Assembly: GCF_008000775.2 (NCBI RefSeq)
Contig: NZ_CP042905.2
Location: 2,070,001-2,102,000 of the forward strand
DNA length: 32,000 bases
Direction: 5' to 3'
DNA from: Promethearchaeum syntrophicum
Lineage (GTDB): Archaea; Asgardarchaeota; Lokiarchaeia; Sigyniarchaeales; Promethearchaeaceae
The position numbers were made by a program, and so were the translations under genes. Below the pieces are notes generated by a model. It was given only the letters and a program-made list of their open reading frames with translations, was not told the origin of the DNA and made no database searches. Position 1 is the stretch's first letter, and each line of letters opens with the position of its first letter. Positions 9,575 to 15,746 of the stretch are shown piece after piece.

Positions 9575-11077
9575 ATGAGTAAAAAAATTGTTTTTACGGG
9601 ACCACCGAAAGTTGGGAAAACTACTCTTCGAAAAATCTTTTTTGAAGGCGAAAATCCATCAAAACTGTTAGAGTATTCCTTAACACCCACACATGGTCAA
9701 GAATCCATCCTCCTAAATTTAAAAGAGAAGGTGGGTGTTTTTGATTTAGCAGGTCAAGAAAATCAACGGTGGTATGAAACAGAAGCAAAATCAGTATTCT
9801 TTGATACACAAATTATTATTGTGGTGTTAGATAGTTCATCTCCTAAAGAAGAAATCGTGAAATTTACTAAAAAAGTATTAAAATTAAGAGATGAAATAAC
9901 GCCTTCTTCATTTGTTTATTTACTCCTCCATAAAATTGACTTAATCTCAAAAGATAAATTAAAAATAATAAAAGATAAGGTCAACGATGAGTTTCAGGAT
10001 GTGAATTTATTAGAAATCGCTTATACAAGTATTATGAAATATTCATTTTTACCAACTTTTACATTATTTACAGAGATATTAAAGTTAAGCTTAGGAATTA
10101 AAAAAGATGAAAATGAAAAATATAGTCTTAAATTTCTTGAATATGTAGTAAGTATATTAAATATTATCGATCAAAATGTGGTAATCCCAAAAGAAGATAT
10201 AAAGAGAGATTTGAAACTTCCTGATAAAATTTTCAATAATTTTATTGAATATTTAGAGAAAATGGAGTTTTTAGAAGCTTCAAAATTAAATAAAAAACCT
10301 GTGATATCATTAACTAAGGCTGGTAAAAATTATATTAATGAAATAGTAGGAAAATTCTCTATAGAATCCATACAGAATTTCAAAAACAATATAGAAGAAT
10401 CAAAATTTGAGGAAATTCCTTCGTTCTTAGGATTTTTAATTGCGGATAGGAATGGAAGAACCATCTCGGCTACTGAAGTATATGAAGGAGCTTTTGGTTT
10501 ATTTTTAAAGTATAATGATGAGGTAGAAAAAGGAAATGAACTGGATTTAATTCCTATGTTTATCAGTGCATTAGAAAAGTTTGCGGAAGAAATTAATATA
10601 ATGGATTTACCAGGCTTTAAATTAGAAGGTTCAAATCTCAAAATTCATACAATAAAATATGATATTTGCACACTCTGCCTCTTTATGAGAAATGATGTTA
10701 ATTTCAATTCTGTTAAAAAAGAAGTATTTGCCTGGTTTGATAATTTGATGGAAACCTATCAAGATAAATTAAAACAGAGTATTGAAAGTGGAAACATGGT
10801 TTATTCTAGTAGTCTGCATAGTGAAGCTAAGAAATGGTTAGAGCAAATGAACAAAAACTATGACGATTTGCTGATAAATTTAAAAATCTATAATTTTGAA
10901 CATGTAAAGAAACTGTATCAGAAATTAGATGAGCTTTATTTAAAAATTGATTTTAAATATTCAATGATTCTGGAAAAATTAAAAAAGTTGAAAATAAATT
11001 TGATGGAATCTGCAATGGATAATAATTTTCAAAGTTTTAAAGATATCGTAAAGAAAATAAAAGAATTAGATTCTTAA
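9575..11077 (+). CDS. Rag/Gtr1-like small GTPase fused to a putative winged-helix, a roadblock/LC7-like domain and a C-terminal coiled coil
   Basis: G1 GPPKVGKTT, G3 FDLAGQE and G4 variant HKID (the HKxD form typical of Rag/Gtr1). The wHTH-like part is PKEDIKRDLKLPDKIFNNFIEYLEKMEFLEAS..ISLTKAGKNY. The roadblock-like part is FLGFLIADRNGRTISATEV...LIPMFISALEKFAEEI...LEGSNLKIHTIKYDICTLCLFM. The tail is heptad-rich. Confidence 0.75.
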   Translation: MSKKIVFTGPPKVGKTTLRKIFFEGENPSKLLEYSLTPTHGQESILLNLKEKVGVFDLAGQENQRWYETEAKSVFFDTQIIIVVLDSSSPKEEIVKFTKKVLKLRDEITPSSFVYLLLHKIDLISKDKLKIIKDKVNDEFQDVNLLEIAYTSIMKYSFLPTFTLFTEILKLSLGIKKDENEKYSLKFLEYVVSILNIIDQNVVIPKEDIKRDLKLPDKIFNNFIEYLEKMEFLEASKLNKKPVISLTKAGKNYINEIVGKFSIESIQNFKNNIEESKFEEIPSFLGFLIADRNGRTISATEVYEGAFGLFLKYNDEVEKGNELDLIPMFISALEKFAEEINIMDLPGFKLEGSNLKIHTIKYDICTLCLFMRNDVNFNSVKKEVFAWFDNLMETYQDKLKQSIESGNMVYSSSLHSEAKKWLEQMNKNYDDLLINLKIYNFEHVKKLYQKLDELYLKIDFKYSMILEKLKKLKINLMESAMDNNFQSFKDIVKKIKELDS

Positions 11078-11182
11078 TTTTGTTTTACTATGATTCTTAA
11101 TTTATTAAGAAATTCTGATTCGATTTTTTATCAATTTAACTAGCATACAGAAAATTTTCTCCATTCATCTGAAAAACAAAAA

Positions 11183-12319
11183 TTAACGTTTTAAATAAAT
11201 CGACACAATATCTCCATCTTCTAAATTATGGTCTGTTTGTATAAATTTTTGCCCTGGATGTTTGGCAGATTTTCCCCAGACTAATGCATATCGGTAGTTA
11301 ATTAAGAACCTTTTGTGCAGTTTCAAGCAAAGCTTTTTAATATTATCTCCTTTATGAAGAATGATAGGTTCACTCATATCAACCTCTTTTTGAGGGGGTT
11401 TTAGGTAAACACGGATTAATTCCAGCTCTTGAAAAATTTGATGTCGTAATTTATCAATATTTTCTTTATTCAGAGCTGAAATTTTGACCCAATGATTGTG
11501 CCCGATTTTGTTTGTGATTTCTTCATCTTTTATTTTCTTTTTTGCTAAATCTTTTTTGTTTATAACTACAAATTCCTTTGTATAGATTCGATTTCCCATT
11601 ATATGGTCAATCAGCTGATCTGGAGTTACATGAGGTTCAGAAAAATATACACTTGCGTTGCTAAAACCCATTTCATTTAGAATTCCCTTTACTTCTTCCC
11701 GATCCATATCTTGATGTCCATTATATGTAAATCCAATTCCACCACGATTTGTCTTTGTTATCTGAATTCTGGGGGGTTTTTCATTTAAACGCATTCCTGC
11801 ATTAAAAAGTTCTTGTCTTATAGTTGTAAGGTGGGAAAATTCAATGGACCCATCTGGAAGAAAACAAATCAAATTTAAAATCAAATCAGCACTACGAACC
11901 GCACCGAGAATTTCTCTCCCTCTCCCTTTTCCACTTGCTGCTCCAAGAATAATACCAGGTAGATCGATCAGCTGTATTTTTGCTTCTTCTATATCCATCA
12001 TTCCAGGAATCGCTGTTAATGTGGTGAAATCATAAGATGCAACTTTTGAATCTGTATTTCCTCTTGTAAGAAGGTTAAGTAGAGAAGATTTCCCTACTGA
12101 TGGAAATCCAATAAACGCTACTTGGGAATCTCCCGTTTTCTTAACCCCAAATCCAGAACCTCCTCCTTTTTTGGAAGTTGCAATTTTGATGAGGTCATTT
12201 CGGAGCTTTGCAATTTGTGCTTTCGTATAATTTATTGCTTTCTGCGTAGCTTTATTTTTTTGAGTGCGACTAAGCCGTTCTTCAAAATCCCGAATTTTCT
12301 CTTCTATTTTTTCACTAAT
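11183..12319 (-). CDS. drg: DRG-family (developmentally regulated GTP-binding protein, Obg-like) GTPase with C-terminal TGS domain; proposed non-canonical ATT start
   Basis: The track ORF (11183-12001) begins at MMDIEEAKIQLIDLPG, which is the G3 motif. My translation shows the same frame stays open upstream to 12325. That stretch encodes ISEKIEEKIRDFEERLSRTQKNKATQKAINYTKAQIAKLRNDL...VAFIGFPSVGKSSLLNLLT, the DRG N-terminal helix plus the G1 P-loop. The TGS-like C-terminus is IRVYLKPP...GDIVSIYLKR. There is no ATG/GTG/TTG between the in-frame TGA (12326-12328) and 12001. Confidence 0.8.
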   Translation of the reverse strand: MSEKIEEKIRDFEERLSRTQKNKATQKAINYTKAQIAKLRNDLIKIATSKKGGGSGFGVKKTGDSQVAFIGFPSVGKSSLLNLLTRGNTDSKVASYDFTTLTAIPGMMDIEEAKIQLIDLPGIILGAASGKGRGREILGAVRSADLILNLICFLPDGSIEFSHLTTIRQELFNAGMRLNEKPPRIQITKTNRGGIGFTYNGHQDMDREEVKGILNEMGFSNASVYFSEPHVTPDQLIDHIMGNRIYTKEFVVINKKDLAKKKIKDEEITNKIGHNHWVKISALNKENIDKLRHQIFQELELIRVYLKPPQKEVDMSEPIILHKGDNIKKLCLKLHKRFLINYRYALVWGKSAKHPGQKFIQTDHNLEDGDIVSIYLKR

Positions 12320-12325
12320 TTTTTG

Positions 12326-12334
12326 TCACACTCC
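12326..12334 (-). promoter_or_regulatory. Shine-Dalgarno-like element GGAGTGTGA, 6 nt upstream of the proposed ATT start of the DRG gene
   Basis: The minus strand reads GGAGTGTGA-CAAAAA-ATT AGT GAA. The purine-rich element resembles the GGAGGTGA core complementary to the archaeal 16S 3' end. Confidence 0.35.
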
Positions 12335-12534
12335 AAATTTAAAACCAAGAAAGAAAATTGATTAAGAGCAAAAAATTTTTCGAAAAACAAAAATATCGTG
12401 ATAGCAGCAATGAAATTAGTGAATGAAACAAGGGAATATAATTAATTTATCATAAAGGTTACAGAATGAAAAATTAATTCTATGAAAAAAATTCGGTGGA
12501 TTGAATGTTATTTTTAGATTTTTAGAATATGAAT

Positions 12535-12930
12535 TTAAGATGTAATAGATGTTATTTCAATTTCTAATAATCTTTGAATTTTCTTTCTGAACTCGATTAT
12601 ATTTAATGGTTTTGATATATAATCACTAAATCCTGAATCTACTATTCTTTCTTTATCTCCTTTCATCGCAAATGAGGTTACAGCGATAATTGGTGTGCTC
12701 TTAAACTTGTCCATCTTCCGAATTTCTTCACAAATTTCTGTTCCATTAATTCCTGGAAGTTGAATATCTAGAAGAATAATATCCGGATCTTCGGATTTAA
12801 TTAATTCAAGGCCGTCTATTCCATTCTCCTTGGTTAAAATTTCTAGATTCGGGATCATTCCTAAAACGGCTTTGAATAACTCCAAATTTTTTTTATTATC
12901 TTCAACAATAATGATTTTTTTCAAATTCAT
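12535..12930 (-). CDS. Single-domain CheY-like response regulator receiver
   Basis: KIIIVEDNKKN...IILLDIQLPGING...TPIIAVTSFAMKGDKERIVDSGFSDYISKPL. It is a close paralog of the receivers at 8272 and 19696 and is transcribed divergently from the GTPase gene at 13182. Confidence 0.9.
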   Translation of the reverse strand: MNLKKIIIVEDNKKNLELFKAVLGMIPNLEILTKENGIDGLELIKSEDPDIILLDIQLPGINGTEICEEIRKMDKFKSTPIIAVTSFAMKGDKERIVDSGFSDYISKPLNIIEFRKKIQRLLEIEITSITS

Positions 12931-13181
12931 ATACTTCCCTAATAGAATTCTGTTTATTGTACTTGTATTAACATGATTATATTTATCATTAATTTTGGGA
13001 AATTTTCTAAAAAAAACTTATCTAAACATTAGATTTATTCTTGATTTTTTTCTCAATTCTATGATTAAATGTAATGTAAAAAGAAATTAAGGAAAATATG
13101 TTTTTAGCAAGTAATTACTATACATAATTTATATTTCATGTAATTTAATGTAAAAAAAAATAATTAAACGGTAATTAAAAA

Positions 13182-14471
13182 ATGCCCAAAGGAATCGTTC
13201 TAGTTGGATGGGATAATAAAATGGGATCTACAATTGAGGTGAAATTCCCAAAGGATTATCAAATCCAAAATAAAAAAATAACTCAGTATTTGGTAACTCT
13301 ACAAACTTTCGGAAGAAGTTCAAATATTCAAATTCGAGATAATGAGGATATAATTTTAATTTTTGGTTATCCGGTAAGAGAAGGGCCTGCAAATTATGAC
13401 TTTATTATTGTAATTCTGGATAGTTTAGAGGAATCCGAAATTCCAAAAATTCAAAGTAAACTAAATCTTGAAGGAGGAAATATTTTAAAAACTCCCAAAC
13501 CTAAAAGATCAAAATTATTCCTGGATTTTGCAGGAAATTTCATCAAACAGGAACAAAAGAAAATAGTTTTTATGGGATATCCGAATTCAGGGAAAACTAC
13601 AACAAAATTATTCTTTTTTGAGAAGATTCAGAGTGAGAAACTTTTAGAAACTACATTTACGCCCACAAAAGGAATTGAAACGGATCGGTATAGTTTAATT
13701 GATTCGAATATTGCATTATTTGATACTTCTGGCCAAGAAATTGAAAGATGGTTTAACATAGATGAAACTCCTTTAATTGGTTCTGACCTAACAATTTTCT
13801 TTATAACAGCAATGGATTGGAAACGAAACCCAGAGAAGGTAAAAAATGATTTAAATAGACTTATTCAACTCTCTGAAAAACTTGATGAGTCTGATCACGA
13901 TTTAGTTCTATTCTGCCATAAATTTGATGAAATTACTGAGAATATAGAAGAATTTAAAATAAGTCTTATAGATTTCACTCAAACGTTAGATATCTCTGTA
14001 TTTTTCACTTCAATTAAAGATACGGGGAATTTTGATATTTATATTGGTTATCAACTCATGTTGAGAAAATTCTCACCACTATTTGCTTTTATAAATAATT
14101 CACTCAATCCACTTATGAGCAGGTATCAACAAAGCGGAAATCTCCTATTTATTCTCGATTCTGATTTCACTCTAATCACAGATTTTACTCATAGCATTGA
14201 GGATTTTGATGTGGCGAACATCCAACAGTTTAAAAGTACTACAATCAAAATGATGAAAATTATTAATTTAGATGATAATAAATCTAGTGATTTCATTACT
14301 TTTACTTACGAATCAAGTGCTAAAATAGTCGTTTGTTTAAGAATATCTAAATTTAATCCCGATTTTTCTTATGTTATAATGCAAGCTGATTCATATCAAC
14401 TTGTGGATGAAATCTATAAGGAATATAATAAAATGAAAGAGAATTTTACGTGGGTAGAGCATAATAATTAA
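13182..14471 (+). CDS. Three-part small GTPase: N-terminal longin/uDENN-like domain, Rag/Gtr1-like G domain, C-terminal roadblock-like domain
   Basis: The N-terminal ~100 aa (GIVLVGWDNKMGSTIEVKFP...DFIIVILDSLEESEIPKIQ) have an alpha/beta regulatory-domain pattern. The G domain has G1 GYPNSGKTT, G3 FDTSGQE and G4 variant HKFD. The C-terminal part is GNLLFILDSDFTLITDF...KIVVCLRIS. Confidence 0.7.
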   Translation: MPKGIVLVGWDNKMGSTIEVKFPKDYQIQNKKITQYLVTLQTFGRSSNIQIRDNEDIILIFGYPVREGPANYDFIIVILDSLEESEIPKIQSKLNLEGGNILKTPKPKRSKLFLDFAGNFIKQEQKKIVFMGYPNSGKTTTKLFFFEKIQSEKLLETTFTPTKGIETDRYSLIDSNIALFDTSGQEIERWFNIDETPLIGSDLTIFFITAMDWKRNPEKVKNDLNRLIQLSEKLDESDHDLVLFCHKFDEITENIEEFKISLIDFTQTLDISVFFTSIKDTGNFDIYIGYQLMLRKFSPLFAFINNSLNPLMSRYQQSGNLLFILDSDFTLITDFTHSIEDFDVANIQQFKSTTIKMMKIINLDDNKSSDFITFTYESSAKIVVCLRISKFNPDFSYVIMQADSYQLVDEIYKEYNKMKENFTWVEHNN

Positions 14472-14481
14472 AATAACTCTC

Positions 14482-14513
14482 TTTTTTTTTTAAAAAAAAT
14501 TTTATAAAAAAAA
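14482..14513. terminator. Bidirectional oligo-T/oligo-A tract in the 45-bp gap between convergent GTPase genes
   Basis: A T10 run (14482-14491) is followed by two A8 runs, which read as T8 on the minus strand. Oligo-T tracts are the established archaeal termination signal. Confidence 0.5.
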
Positions 14514-14516
14514 GGT

Positions 14517-15668
14517 TTATTCAGTTAAATTTCTTAATTTAAACACTTTTCTCAGTTCTGACATTACATCATTTCTATTCGGTTTAACTTTTTGTTGCAC
14601 TTTTTTCTTTGGTGGGGGAGGAGGAGGTTGAACTATTTGTTTATTTGATGATTTCACTTCAATATTTTTTGTACTTGGAATTTTTCCTAGATTCGATCCT
14701 CCAATTATACCTTTTAATTCTTGAAATTGATTCATTATTGAACTATTTAACTTAATTACCATTTCTGAAAGAATTGAAACTTGTTCTTCTAAATTTTTTG
14801 CAATTTTATCTGGACCGAAAAATTGCTTAAAGGATTTTGCAAATTCGGGCTCATTTGCATAGAAATTATAAATACTCGATTGAATTAATTCAAAACTAAA
14901 TTTCTTCTCATTAAGCGATGTTGAGATTATTTCAGAGATCATTTCTAAATTAATTTGAAAATCTACTTCTTGACGTATATCAGGATCTGATTTATGTAAG
15001 AGTACTAATACATATGGATTTTCTTTGAAATAACTCACTATATCTAGAATTTTATCAAAATATTCTATTGATTCATCAAAACGTTCCGAATCTTGGATAT
15101 CTATAACATAGATAATTAAATCGATATGTAAGAAAAATTCTTCTGGATTTTTTAAATAATCCTGCCTGTGGAATTCTTGTCCACCGAAATCCCATATCGT
15201 TAAATTAAAATTTTCAACTTCAATTTTTTGAATGTCCACTCCTTTTGTAGGAGGAAGATTAGTTATATCGCCAAATTTTGTTTTTCCTTTTAAGCTTTCA
15301 AGCATGGATGTTTTTCCTGCGTTATTAAGACCCAAAACTATTATTTTTTGCTTGGATTTTTTTAAATAAAGTGATCTTTTTTTCCATGCTCTTGATAATA
15401 ATTCAGCTGTTAAAATCCATTTTTCGAATAGTTCTTCACTAATACTAGTTTCTTTTGCAATTTTTTTAATTTTTTCAGATTTTAATTTTACAAAATCTCT
15501 AATTTGGGTGATTTTGTATTTTTTAAGTTTCTCTCCATATTCATTCTTGCATTCTTTTAAAACGCTTGGATTCATATTCAAAATTTCTGAAAAAGAATTT
15601 GGTGTTTTTTCAACAACAAGAAATTTCTTACAAAAAATATCGATTATTTTTTCTTTATCTGTTGACAT
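14517..15668 (-). CDS. Arf/Rag-like small GTPase with N-terminal extension, C-terminal coiled coil, poly-proline tract and WH2-like tail
   Basis: G1 GLNNAGKTS (Arf-like GLDxAGKT), G3 WDFGGQE and G4 variant HKSD. The C-terminus is ...QPPPPPPKKKVQQKVKPNRNDVMSELRKVFKLRNLTE. Confidence 0.8.
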   Translation of the reverse strand: MSTDKEKIIDIFCKKFLVVEKTPNSFSEILNMNPSVLKECKNEYGEKLKKYKITQIRDFVKLKSEKIKKIAKETSISEELFEKWILTAELLSRAWKKRSLYLKKSKQKIIVLGLNNAGKTSMLESLKGKTKFGDITNLPPTKGVDIQKIEVENFNLTIWDFGGQEFHRQDYLKNPEEFFLHIDLIIYVIDIQDSERFDESIEYFDKILDIVSYFKENPYVLVLLHKSDPDIRQEVDFQINLEMISEIISTSLNEKKFSFELIQSSIYNFYANEPEFAKSFKQFFGPDKIAKNLEEQVSILSEMVIKLNSSIMNQFQELKGIIGGSNLGKIPSTKNIEVKSSNKQIVQPPPPPPKKKVQQKVKPNRNDVMSELRKVFKLRNLTE

Positions 15669-15746
15669 AATTTTAATGTTTTTTTCATTCCTAAAACTCT
15701 TCCTATCGAATTCTCAGTTAATAAATATAAAATCAGTGAAAACATT

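Noticed and set aside
11094-11111. An AT-only palindrome ttcttaat-tt-attaagaa between convergent genes, and a similar ttccaaa...tttggaa pair at 20341-20367.
   Set aside because: These are short, all-A/T stems with marginal stability. Such inverted repeats are expected by chance in ~30% GC DNA, and I have no supporting conservation evidence.
12326-12331. GTG followed directly by in-frame TGA, considered as a possible start with stop-codon recoding (Sec or read-through) for the DRG gene.
   Set aside because: A recoded stop at codon 2 has no precedent that I know of, and I see no SECIS-like structure. An ATT start with an upstream SD-like element explains the data more simply.
11844-12361. Plus-strand ORFs 11844-12035 and 12122-12361.
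   Set aside because: They are the antisense shadow of the DRG GTPase N-terminal region. The minus strand here encodes the conserved RTQKNKAT helix and the GFPSVGKSS P-loop.
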